From positions 1 to 22,560 of the forward strand of contig JBJCIZ010000223.1 in assembly GCA_051294375.1 (NCBI GenBank): a stretch of 22,560 bases of DNA. The letters run 5' to 3'. The position numbers were made by a program, and so were the translations under genes. Shown piece by piece: positions 1-11,031 of this stretch. The stretch comes from Paraspadella gotoi. Taxonomy: Eukaryota; Animalia; Chaetognatha. The notes under the pieces are model-generated. The model saw only the letters and a list, made by a program, of their open reading frames with translations, was not told where the DNA came from and did no database searches. Positions within the stretch are counted from its first letter, which is position 1, and the number at the start of each line of letters is the position of its first letter.

Positions 1-210
1 ATCGTTAACAATGTGAAAAAACGGTGGGGAAGCTATATATAGCTATATATATATACAATATGTTCATACAATGACGTTTACTTTAATTTAGTTAAAATAC
101 ATAACAACTCAATGTTTAAAAATATGTTTAGAATTTCAGTTTCAACTTTCCAAACTCACTCGTTTTTTAGTGTATATATTGTCAAAAACATAAATCATTA
201 CAGAATATTA

Positions 211-663
211 NNNNNNNNNNNNNNNNNNNNNNNNNNNNNNNNNNNNNNNNNNNNNNNNNNNNNNNNNNNNNNNNNNNNNNNNNNNNNNNNNNNNNNNNNN
301 NNNNNNNNNNNNNNNNNNNNNNNNNNNNNNNNNNNNNNNNNNNNNNNNNNNNNNNNNNNNNNNNNNNNNNNNNNNNNNNNNNNNNNNNNNNNNNNNNNNN
401 NNNNNNNNNNNNNNNNNNNNNNNNNNNNNNNNNNNNNNNNNNNNNNNNNNNNNNNNNNNNNNNNNNNNNNNNNNNNNNNNNNNNNNNNNNNNNNNNNNNN
501 NNNNNNNNNNNNNNNNNNNNNNNNNNNNNNNNNNNNNNNNNNNNNNNNNNNNNNNNNNNNNNNNNNNNNNNNNNNNNNNNNNNNNNNNNNNNNNNNNNNN
601 NNNNNNNNNNNNNNNNNNNNNNNNNNNNNNNNNNNNNNNNNNNNNNNNNNNNNNNNNNNNNNN
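211..663. other. Assembly gap (N run)
   Basis: 453 consecutive N; ORFs 112..705 and 208..693 are artefacts of the gap. Confidence 0.99.
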
Positions 664-773
664 AAAATTTTTAAAAATACTGATTTTCTTCATTGGATGG
701 TTTGAAACCTTATATTAAGCCAGTCGAAGTGTACTTTAATCGTTAATTCCAAGTTTGACTTTTAAATATTTGA

Positions 774-1367
774 TTTACGCCAACTGATTTACGTCAATTT
801 GGAGTAACGTTTCTGCCTTCTTACTGCTATCAAGGATATTCAACCAAAATTTTGGAAAACGCTTTTTTTTGATTAAAATACATAGTAGTATTGGATTCCG
901 ATTTGATTTCTTTTTTTACATGTTTGTTGGCGCTGGTGGCGTAAAAAGTACGCCAAAACATATTATTTCCTAGTTAAATATGTGGCGTTAATGATTTTTC
1001 AAAAAAGAATTTTAAAATATATCATATTAAATAAGTGTAATGTTTATATTTAAATTGGAAAAGAATTGTGGCGTAAAATGGCGTGAAATGAACAAAAAAC
1101 GATATAAATATTATCTAATTCTGTGGCGTAAAGACTTTTTGTTTATTTTCTAGTAAAAACTACTCAGTTAAGTTGATTTAAATATTTTTCCAGCCTTTTT
1201 TTACAAAGTTTGGCGTAGAATGGCGTAAAATGAACAGAAAACCATATTAATATCATTTAATTTTGTGGCGTAAAAACTTTTTTTCATTTTCCAAATAAAG
1301 CTATTAATTAAGATGCTTTGGCGTAGAATGGCGTAAATTGACGTAAAACTGCGCCACTTTATCCCCT
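774..1367. repeat. Cluster of TGGCGTAAA/TTTACGCC motifs, probably subterminal repeats of a non-autonomous DNA transposon
   Basis: About ten (T)GGCGTA(A/G)A copies; a ~75-bp block is duplicated at 1068-1140 and 1211-1284; TTTACGTCAATTT (788-800) is the reverse complement of AAATTGACGTAAA (1335-1347). Termini and TSD are not resolved. Confidence 0.55.
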
Positions 1368-2237
1368 CATCTCTTTCCCTTTCCTCCCTTTTCTTTTCTC
1401 TTTTATTTTTATACAATCTCCGATTCTAAGTCGATTACTTTTGGTTTTGATTCTTTAAAATCAAAGAAAAAACGAATACCGAAAATAAAACTCAAATCAT
1501 AGATAAAAAGAAACAAAGATATACCACGTAAAAGTCAGTGGACCAATTTTATTAAAAGTATCAGAAATTGTGGATCAACAATGTCCTTGAGGTTTATATT
1601 TGAACTTAGTTAAAAAAAAGATTATGAATAAAGATATTACCCATTATAATAATTATAGGTATCATGTATATTTAGCAAAGGAGGAATTGTTGTAGGCAGA
1701 AAAAAGCATGATAAATCTTAAGATCATAATAAATATATTATATCAGTTTCATACATATTGATGATTCATAGGCCTTAATATACAATAGGAAAGATGATAT
1801 AAAATGACTATCGCCAGAACTGCTGCTGGCGCATTTTTGCGCATCATTTTGGGAATCAATAATGATCAATATGTTGAGAGAAAACCCATTTGCATCTCTG
1901 TAACCAGAGGTTTTGCGAGGAAAGCCTAGTTTTTGCGCAACAATAAAAATAAATTGCTTTCTGTACTATTCCAATATTTTTCTTATTTGAAAGATTCTTT
2001 TTCGGTTTTTAGTTAGACTTACCCTTACAGTACCTATATTTAAAAAATAAAATTTTTCTTTTAGTATTTTCCATACAGTAAATATTTCAAAAAGCCTTGT
2101 TTTTTGGAATGAAATTCCCTATTATTTTTCGGCCGATAGAAAAATAAAAATTTCGTCGAATACTGCTAATCCCTATCAAAGCATTATCTTGTGTGTACAT
2201 TGCACAATGTATCATTTATTATTTATTTATCCCTGTT

Positions 2238-2238
<1 letters not shown>

Positions 2239-2268
<30 letters not shown>

Positions 2269-2369
2269 AAGTTTCACTTCTTTTCAAACTTATTCAATCT
2301 GTCCTCATCTTGACTGTCCTCTCATCTGACCACTATTCTGTCTCACACTTTGTTGGAAAACTTTACCCA

Positions 2370-2400
<31 letters not shown>
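2239..2400. repeat. Two (CT)n microsatellites
   Basis: CT runs at ~2243-2268 and ~2372-2400. Confidence 0.9.
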
Positions 2401-2401
<1 letters not shown>

Positions 2402-2433
2402 TCTTCATGCACAAATTTTAAACCATTCTGTCA

Positions 2434-2477
2434 AAACGCTGATGAAGACTTGTAAAACAAGTCGAAACATGTCAGTT
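2434..2477 (+). ncRNA. Minimal type I hammerhead ribozyme of the Penelope-like element (pLTR) kind
   Basis: CTGATGA-A-GACTTG-taaaa-CAAGTC-GAAA-CATG-TC: intact core boxes, 6-bp stem II, palindromic ACATGT stem III, predicted cleavage after GUC (2473), weak stem I (AAC/GTT). Confidence 0.85.
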
Positions 2478-3188
2478 CAACTATAAATAAAATTCGTTGA
2501 AAAACAAAAACTTTGTCAATTCTCTAAGCATAATTAATCATAATTCGATGTTCTGACATGATATAAGTGTGTGCCCGACAATATTGAGGGGGCGGACTGA
2601 CGGACCGACAAAGTGAATTATAGAGTCGGGATAAGCAGATCAGACTAAAAATCTAATTTCTAGCTTAAGCCAAAATTGTATAACAAGCAAAATCAATCAG
2701 TTCGTACTTTAAAATTTCATATCTTAAAAAAATTTCAGCTGCAGTAACTTGAAATACCGTACAATTACCGGGATTAGGTTCCTGACTTATCGATCTATGT
2801 AATTTATACGGCATAATATATTATGTTACTAGTATAAAGTAAGATTTCCTTTAATATAATTTCTCCAAATTTTGGCCTCAGGGCATTATGTCCCATAAAA
2901 TACAGTATCTAAATTCATTTTGATATTGCAGTATGGGGCGAATTAAATGTAACACTCAACAGTACTTGTAACCGGAATTACATCAATCTCGGCCCATTAT
3001 TGAATACACAGTGGTACCAAGAATGTAAAGACTTTTTCATATCGTCTACTCATCTTTGGAAGGGTCTTATTGAAGGTATACTTCATAAATGAGTACCTGA
3101 TATGAGCTAAACATGAAGTAAAATGACCAATGAAATAATTGTTAAAACTAAATTTTTCAGTACAAATTAGTACAAATTATCGAGGGGA

Positions 3189-4335
3189 TTAGTAATTTTT
3201 TCTATGGAGGGTAAGTTTTAAGTCCGAACCCTGTAGGTGCCCAAAGTGCCTGTGGATTCGCGTTGTGTTCTGTTCGGCACAGTTTGGTGGGACCACGAAT
3301 TTCCTTGTGGGTGTCTCTGCTTTATAACCCTTGATGATTAGGATCCCATTTTCGGTGACATCAAGGTCGGCAAAGCTGTTGGAGAGGTACCTCTCGGTCA
3401 ATGTTCTCCTCTTTTGCATTTTCTCTTCCAGCTTTCTTTTTGCCCCTTCGCGGTCGCCCTTGCTCAGAGCGTCAGTCACCAGATGGATGGTCTCATCTTT
3501 GCGTTGCCAGGCTTTGATTTCTGAACCCATAAGGACTATCCCTTGGATCCTCTCCTGGGGCCTAGTGACTTCCTCCATGATCTCATCCTCAGTTGCATCA
3601 ATGTCGGCTTCAAGGGTGCTATCGACCATCGCCTCCTGCCCCATTTTTGGATCTGCTGTCTTGACAATTTGTACAGTGTCGCCACTTTTTATTGCTGCAA
3701 GGGGCGGCGCGTGGGCTTGGGTTTCTGTTTCCACCTGGATGTTTACGAGGTCATCTGGAAGAGCGTCAGCATGGTGGGTATTGACTTGTAGCCGTTTTGG
3801 CCTCTTTTGTCTTTCAGGTCGCCTGAGGGTGGCTACCTCAATTGTCTTGATCGGACTAGTTATGGAGTGGGCGTTGCTGGAGTTGGTCGCTGATGAGGCT
3901 CACTTGACCTGTAATGGTCCTGAAGATTTTCATTTGTCTGTTGTATGTGTTGGCGCCATATACTCTTTCAAACTTGCAGCCGGCCTCCTGTGTGGAATCC
4001 TCATCCATCATGACAATTTTGACTCCTGTCATCTCACTGAGGAGTTCCAGCTCAGGGTGGCCGAGGCTCCAGTCCTTTGCCGATATTGTCCTGATAAAAG
4101 TGTCGCATCTTTGGTCTTTGGCTTCCATAGAGTTTGCCAATGTTGTCTCTTTTTGATTGAAACTTGCGCACAAATTCAAAGAATTTTGCTCTAAATGCTT
4201 TGGTATCTTCCTGGAGGTTTGCGCCATTAGAGCCAGAGTGGGAGCGTGTCCAGTGCGCGAGCATAAATACAAGATATGATTAATGACCTCTTGTGTCCCC
4301 TTAATTTTTGTGATTTGATATAATACTATGCCCAA
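3189..4335 (-). pseudogene. Truncated, frameshifted Gypsy-like pol fragment (pre-integrase linker and start of integrase Zn-binding region) preceded by an OTU-like segment
   Basis: GC-richer island; EIKAWQRKD...ENGILIIK...KFVVPP...RIHRHFGH matches the Gypsy segment leading into the integrase HHCC; upstream WSLGHPELELLSEMTGVKIVMMD resembles an OTU helix; frameshift near 3900. Confidence 0.6.
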
Positions 4336-4521
4336 AGATAAAAAAAATGAAAATTCGCTCGCTCAATTTTCCCGTTCTATCCATTTTAAAAGCAATTTTA
4401 TGTAAAAAAATTGTAAAAAAATAACAAAATTTGATATCAAAGAAAGCTGGTTAAGTTCACTTTTTAAAGTAAAATATAGCTAAAACAAAGAATTTAAACC
4501 CGTTTTTATCCATAAAAATTT

Positions 4522-5363
4522 AAAATGCATAAAAGTCCTACAAACAAAGATACATAGCTGGCTCTAAAATATGTTCTCTCAAGGCAATATCTAAACATTT
4601 TTCAAAATGTTTAAAGCTAATGCTAAATCATCTTAAAGTATACTATCAAGTAGTTTTTCAAAGATCTGGAATAAAACATTATTGGATAATTGATAATTCT
4701 TTGGAGTTTTTTGGAAAAAATTTCTCAATTAAAAACAGATTTTCTAGAAACATATGATTTTTCAACATTATATCCATCACTTCCTCATTATGAAATCAGG
4801 AGTAAGCTAATAATTACATTCAGAACAATTTTTTCTAGGGAAAATAAAACATATATAAATGTAAATCATAATAAAGCTTATTTTTCAAATACTAAGAATA
4901 AGGGGTATATTTTTTTTACTGAGAAAGATTTGAATATTGTCCTCAACTTTATTTTAGATAATGTTTTTGTCAAATTTGGCTCCTTAATATACAAAACAAA
5001 CATTAGGAATACCAATTGGACTAGATTCTGGTCAAGATATTGCCAATATGTTGTTTATTTATTTTTTGAATCAACATATATGGAAAATATGTCAAAAAAT
5101 AATTTAGGAATCGCAAGACAATTTAAAAATTGCTCAAGATATATTGATGACCTATTTATTCAGCCGATTTTAAGGATTTTAAAATACATTTTGCGAACAT
5201 ATATCCAGCCGCACTGACTGTAAATAAATCTAATAGTACAGATACAAATGTAGATTATCTAGACATTAATATTAAATCAGAAAATAAAAATCTTACTCTT
5301 TCAGTCTATGATAAAAGGGATTCCTTTTCTTTTGAAGTAGTTAATTACCCATATATGGACAGT
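4522..5363 (+). pseudogene. Penelope-like element reverse transcriptase, frameshifted and truncated (Naiad/Chlamys-like motifs)
   Basis: Across frames: KMHKSP..YIAGS, HYWIIDNS, TYDFSTLY, QTLGIPIG, RYIDDL, VDYLDI, YDKRDSFSFEVVNYPYMDS; several single-base indels. Confidence 0.88.
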
Positions 5364-6122
5364 AGGGCGGATCATATGCACATATAATTTTTCAAAATAT
5401 GTTGCCTGTCGGTGATTCCTTTACCTAATGTCGTTTTATTTGATTACACAATAATAAATTCCAAAAAAATATTCAGGATCCATTGCAGATTTTACAATTT
5501 TTAAAAGAATCTTCAATTGCGATCTGTGATTGGTGGAAATTGGTCATGTGACCATCCAATTTTAGTTTTGGTTTTATTTTTACTTAATAAAAAGTTGTTT
5601 CTCGGTTAGCAATATAAATTTTACGTATTATAGATATTGTATATTATAATATATTATATTATATATATTATAGATTATAAGATTTATGAACAATATCGGA
5701 ATTTGTATTTATCGGGTCACAAGTGATAGAAGGAGAAGACGATGCTAGATATTCTTCACTTTCTCTTATTTAAAAATTGTAAATTTCAGATAAAACAAAA
5801 TGGACAGAAATTACTTAGAGGGTAACACACTTTCTTTCTTTCTTTGCCCCAATTGCTCATTGATACCATTTCCCTCATTTAATTTTCCTGCCCTGTCATC
5901 AATTTGGCAAGACAAAGTCTCCTTATGTCTGCCTCCAACCGCCAGACAATGTTGGGTGTCTTTTTTGAGATTGATAATTGTTACGCAATTTTTAGTTGAA
6001 TATTTTTTACAATTGTTTGCTGCTTTGAGAATTATGTTAAAGATATCTCGCCTCGCTTAACCTTTTTCGTCATTTGACCGCTTTTAGGCCAATTAATTTT
6101 ATGGTCATATATTCGCGGGCAG

Positions 6123-6236
6123 TTGTCTCCCGCCTCAATTTTCCGTTGTTTACGGGAGAGATACGTAAAGGAGGATTGCCGTTCAGAGAGCCGTTGCGGT
6201 GCCTGCAATGGGCTACATCACACGTCGCTTCATGAT
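6123..6236 (+). pseudogene. Short remnant of a BEL/Pao gag Cys-His region
   Basis: FRCLRERYVKEDCRSESRCGACNGLHHTSLH fits the BEL/Pao C..C-x2-C-x3-HH-x2-LH knuckle; no flanking ORF. Confidence 0.7.
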
Positions 6237-7882
6237 GAGTTCCATGAATGTTTGAGCTGCCTCAACTTTCTGGGTGACTTTCGAGATGGCGACGATCGTG
6301 ATTTCAAATGTTTGTCTATTACAAAATGATTAAAAACAGTTCACAAATCATAAAAAGTCCATTAATATATAAACAAACGGTCTTAAAACCTCAATTTTCA
6401 GAGAGATTTTTCGATCGTAGTAGTTAGTTTCACTTGAAATCTCACAAATACTGTTTCGCCCGGTGAAAGAACGTTTTGCCTCGTCTTTATATCTTTATCT
6501 CGGTCACATGAACGCGTCCTTATTGTAAGCATTTTTACGGTCAATTTTTGCTCTGGTCGTCTCAACGTTTAGCGAGAATCTCGATCAATTTTAATTTGTT
6601 TTCTGGATCGAATCATGAACTTTTAATCGTCCGTTCGAAACTTAGTTTCTACGCGTTTCTATACCGTGTTTTGTGTGTTTTCCAAATAAAATTCGTTTCT
6701 AGAACTCTTGTCGATTTATTTTGAATGGACGACGCTTGGAACGTTAGTCTCCGCGGGCGAGAATATAGATTCTTCTACAGTAGAAACGAAGAAACTGCTT
6801 CGCGGATATAACGTCGAATTTTTGCAATAAAAAAAAATGATGACTCTCAAAATTCTCTCGTCTATCGACGATGTTCATTTTCATTTATGTAAAAAAGTGC
6901 GCGCTTGAATTTCCTTCAACATTTATTGAAGTTTCAATGGATTTGAAAAAGATTCTTGTTACTGGTCTGAAAGAAATAAAGGCTATGAATGAAACAAAGA
7001 CTAAAGAATTCGCTAACGAAATCTTTGGAAGAATTGAAGGATTCGGAAACCTTGAAAAACAATTTCGTGAATCCATTGCCCTCAATGAGGCGGCGATGAA
7101 AAGGATTATGACAGAGACTTGGGCTCAATTTGGAAAAAATGAAAGAAGACGAGATTTCTGCTAAAGATCATGAGCTTTTTCAAAATCAAAATAATTTTTC
7201 AAAATCTGACCACTATTCTTTCTCAATTCTGTGTTGGAAACTCTCTCTCTCTTTGTAAAAGTCTTATTTTTTTATTCGCGACGTTTTCTCTTGGAAACTC
7301 ACGTTAAACTGTTCGACTGGGTGAAATCACGAACGCTTGTCTCCGCGGGCGTGAAGTCAAAAAGATGTTGAAAAGTGTTGAAGGTAATAAGCACACTAAT
7401 AAATATCTGTTTGGTAGTATCCTTATAACGGTCTGTAGGACAAAAAGCATTTATGGATTGATAGATTGATAGATTCAGAAAGGGTTTTCAACCTAAAGAA
7501 AAACTGAATATGCTGGAGTTTATACTAATGTTTACCATTTCCTTTTTTTCACATACCAAAATGACAAAAGAACAAAAACCTTCCCTGGTTAGACTTTTTG
7601 CATTATGGATGAAATGGGAACAAAGTTCAGTTATGGATTTCTCATTTAATATTTTAAGAATTCTGAACTCCATAAACATTATCCATAAAAGAGTCAATAC
7701 TTTTTATTGATCGAACTCTTAATGTAAATGCATCAGTGAGTAGTGATTTTTAAAAAAATTCTGGTTTTGCTGGATATATATGTAAGTTAAAATAAAGACC
7801 ATAACATACTGGTTTAAAATTGACTAAGAGGGTTACGAAGCAATATATTTTTCACAAAACTTGCAGGGACCTGCTATGTCAT

Positions 7883-7944
7883 TATCTTGTAAGAGTGATG
7901 GAGCCTTAAACCACCAAAGCCTGTCCAAAGTCAGGGGCAAGATA
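7883..7944 (+). ncRNA. Twister ribozyme type P5, family A copy 1
   Basis: TATCTTGT AA GAGT GATGG AGCCT TAA ACC AC CAAAG CCTG TCCAAAGT CAGG G GCAAGATA; one G missing in P1 relative to the other copies; predicted cut 7907/7908. Confidence 0.78.
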
Positions 7945-8204
7945 GCTTATTTATTAAATGAATGGATAATTTTTATATTGGTTGTACCAATTTCATAAAA
8001 TTCAGCTCCTTGTATTTTGATGCTAGTGCGGAGTACAATAGTATTCCCCGATCTAATACTTAAGGGAGTGGTCTTTTCATACAATTGAAAACATTCTTTG
8101 AAATATTTTCCACTTCATTGATAGGGAAGCCAGGTACTCTGGGAGTGAATAAACGAGACTGTGAAAGAGTCTTGATTGAAACCTTGCAGGGACCTGCTAG
8201 TCAT

Positions 8205-8267
8205 TATCTTGTAAGAGTGATGGAGGCCTTAAACCACCAAAGCCTGTCCAAAGTCAGGGGCAAGATA
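8205..8267 (+). ncRNA. Twister ribozyme type P5, family A copy 2
   Basis: P5 TATCTTGT/GCAAGATA; L1 GATGG and TAA; T1 TGG/CCA; T2 AC/GT; P4 CCTG/CAGG; predicted cut 8230/8231. Confidence 0.85.
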
Positions 8268-8531
8268 GATTATTTATTAAATGAATGGATAATTTTATAT
8301 TGGGTTGTACCAATTTCATAAAAATTCAGCTCCTTGTATTTTGATGCTAGTGCGGAGTACAAAGAGTATTCCCCGATCTAATACTTAAGGGAGTGGTCTT
8401 TTCATACAATTGAAACATTCTTTGAAATATTTTCCACTTCATTGATAGGGAAGCCAGGTACTCTGGGAGTGAATAAACGAGACTGTAGAAGAGTCTTGAT
8501 TTGAAAAACTTGCAGGGACCTGCTATGTCAT

Positions 8532-8594
8532 TATCTTGTAAGAGTGATGGAGGCCTTAAACCACCAAAGCCTGTCCAAAGTCAGGGGCAAGATA
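8532..8594 (+). ncRNA. Twister ribozyme type P5, family A copy 3
   Basis: Same core as copy 2; predicted cut 8557/8558. Confidence 0.85.
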
Positions 8595-8964
8595 GCTTAT
8601 TTATTAAATGAATGGATAAATTTTTATATTGGTTTGTACCAATTTCAAAAGACTTTCGGGTGCAATCTTTACTTTTTTAGCCCGGATCGCTTTCGGTTTT
8701 GAGTGCACATCGCTTCCTTCCTTTAGAAATTTTACATTTGTTATTATTTATAAAATACTTTCTTTAAGACATGTAATTCATTGGTAGAATAATTTTAAAC
8801 AATCTTTTTTGTTAACAAATAATAACAAGTAAAATTTTACTATGAAAAATTGTAAGATTTGTAAGATTGTAAGAATCGTTCGAGTGGAAATAAGTTTAAA
8901 TGAAAAAACAAAAAACCTGTTTCCCTATTTGCTTTTTATTTTTTATTAAATGTAAATACAAGCT

Positions 8965-9502
8965 GCATTAATTATTCAATTAATTAATAAATCAATCAAT
9001 TAAAAAATCAACTAATCCATCAAAAAATTAATGAATCAATAATTTTATCAATCAATCAATTAATTAACCAATTAATTTATCAATCAACTAATTAATAAAT
9101 TTATTTATCAATAAATTATTAAAAGAACCAATTAAATAATTAATCAATCAATTAAACAATGTCAGTATTATCATTATCGTCATCTCCAACGTCGTTGTTG
9201 CTTTTATCCTGGTCAGTTAAGCAATTAAATTTCATTTAATTGATAAATCAATCATTTAATTAATCATGATGGTGTTATCCTCGTCGTCATCATCATCATG
9301 GTCGTCATTTCTTTTGTCATAATGAAAAGACAAAAAAACAAACAAGTTTGAGCTAATAATGCCAGAACTGATCAGTTAATTAATTATTCAATCAATTAAT
9401 CAAATATTCAATCAATCAATCAAAAAATTAAGCAATCAATCAATAAGTCATCGTCGGTGTTATCATTGTTGTGGTCGCCATAATTAATTATTTAATTAAT
9501 TG
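8965..9502. repeat. Low-complexity AATC/AATT tetramer-rich tract with (TCG/TCA)n patches
   Basis: Degenerate AATCAATC/AATTAATT runs visible directly. Confidence 0.75.
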
Positions 9503-10955
9503 AAATTTTTTTATGTTTGCGGTGACTCAAAACAAGAATTTATAGAAAAATTTGAGGCGTGTTTTTTGTGATAAAGAAAAACTGGTATTGTCAAAAACAG
9601 TAAAAAAGCAAAAATGATAAAAATAATAACAACAACAACTAGTATTTACATTGGCTGAGAAAAAGGTCAGCCATAACAAGGTCGGGTAAGAACAAGTTAT
9701 TCTTATTGACCACTACTTTACTACAGGTCACAAAGTACAATGACTTTGTTGTCGTCTTTGTCATTGTATTCGTTGTCGTTGTCGTCTTTGTTCAAATCAT
9801 TTGAGCTCTCAAATGTTTGATGTTATTCTTTTAATTAATCAATATATAATTATTTAAATAATTTATTTTTTTTAAACTAATTAATAAATTAATTAATTAC
9901 CGTTAATGACCGTGGGCAGATCCGGCATTGTTTGCTCAAACTTGTTTATTAATAATTTTGATTTATTTATTTTATATATATTTTTTTTATTTGCTTTTTT
10001 GTTCAGTGCGAGAGGGGAAAAAAAGAAAAGATAGAGAGTGTTAAAGATATAAGTATGTATAAGCACAACATTATGCAATATTGCCAATAAAAAAGATCCA
10101 TCCTTTTGGTTCAAACTTGTTTGTAATATGAAAAACCTTATGGATTTAAAAAAAGTAGACTTAAATTTAAAGAAAAACAACAAAATTATAAGAAATAAAA
10201 TTTTTAGTTTTATAAAATTAAAAAAGTTTAATTATATTTTAGTTTAACTTATAATTACAGTTTTTTCAGATAAAAAAATCTTTTGTTCAGCTCAGATTTT
10301 ATTTCAATATATTAAAAAGAATAATTAAAAAAATAAATATATAATTTTTTTCATAGATTCTCGACCAAAGAGGAAGAGAGAACAAAAGAAAACAAAAAAA
10401 TAAAAGAAGAGAATGAGAAAACGTGAATAAAAAAATTAAGAGCAAACAATTTTAAATATTGAAAATAAATATTGAAAAAAAATTAAAAAAAAAAATCAAG
10501 AGAGAGCAGGGGGTTGCAAAGATTTTAATACATTAAATACCTTTCATTTCTAACCAATAAAAACAAATGACCAGGAAGCGAACACGCAGGGTTATTATAG
10601 CTTCCGTGTTCAATCCTTTATTCTCAATTTTTCTATCGCTCCCGGTTTCGGGTTCTTCAAAAATCGGCCGCTTCCACAGTGTTCGCTTACGCTTTCCGGA
10701 TTGCGTCCACATCTCTGAAAGAAAGCAATATATGTTTGATTAAATAATATCGATTAAATACTAAATCCTGCGATGATAGAAAAATAGAAAAATAGAAAAT
10801 AGTGAAACAAGTAATTTGCAAATTTTCATAAAGGTTATTAATACAACTGTATGGTAGACTAAAACCCACCAACCGTTTCATCAGCGCCATTGGTGCCGGA
10901 GGCAAGTCATTCGCCTCCCAACCCAAGGTCCGGGGTTCTAGCCCGGTGGTCGTCT

Positions 10956-11031
10956 GGCAGTTAAGAGGGACGGGGCGCTTAACCCGCCTGTAACATGTGT
11001 TACAAGCCTGATCCGAAGCTCAGGGACTGCT
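10956..11031 (+). ncRNA. Twister ribozyme type P5 in LTR1 (family B)
   Basis: GGCAGTT AA GAGG GACGG GGCGCT TAA CCC GC [P3 CTGTAACA..TGTTACA(A)G] CCTGA TCCGAAGC TCAGG GACTGCT; predicted cut 10980/10981. Confidence 0.85.

Larger units (their letters stand above)
7856..8647 (+). mobile_element. Tandem array of ~325-bp units (2.4 copies), each with a twister ribozyme; non-LTR retrozyme-like (family A)
   Basis: Near-identical units start at ~7856, ~8179 and ~8505; three ribozyme copies 323 and 327 nt apart; non-coding; no TG..CA, PBS or PPT seen. Confidence 0.85.

Noticed and set aside
2595-2651. Helentron/HINE-like 3' end (TATAGAGTC...GACTAAAA)
   Set aside because: The hairpin is degenerate and no matching 5' end was found.
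3331-4194. 287-aa plus-strand ORF
   Set aside because: Antisense shadow of the minus-strand pol-like fragment; no recognisable motif.
10576-10688. 10-bp inverted repeat AAGCGAACAC/GTGTTCGCTT as a MITE
   Set aside because: No TSD or second copy in the window; too short to support.
10848-10886. CTGATGA on the minus strand of the family B LTR as an antisense hammerhead
   Set aside because: No GAAA after a stem II and no stem III or cleavage triplet.
10884-10954. Functional tRNA-Gly gene
   Set aside because: The anticodon stem cannot pair and the D-arm is aberrant; treated as a tRNA-derived head.
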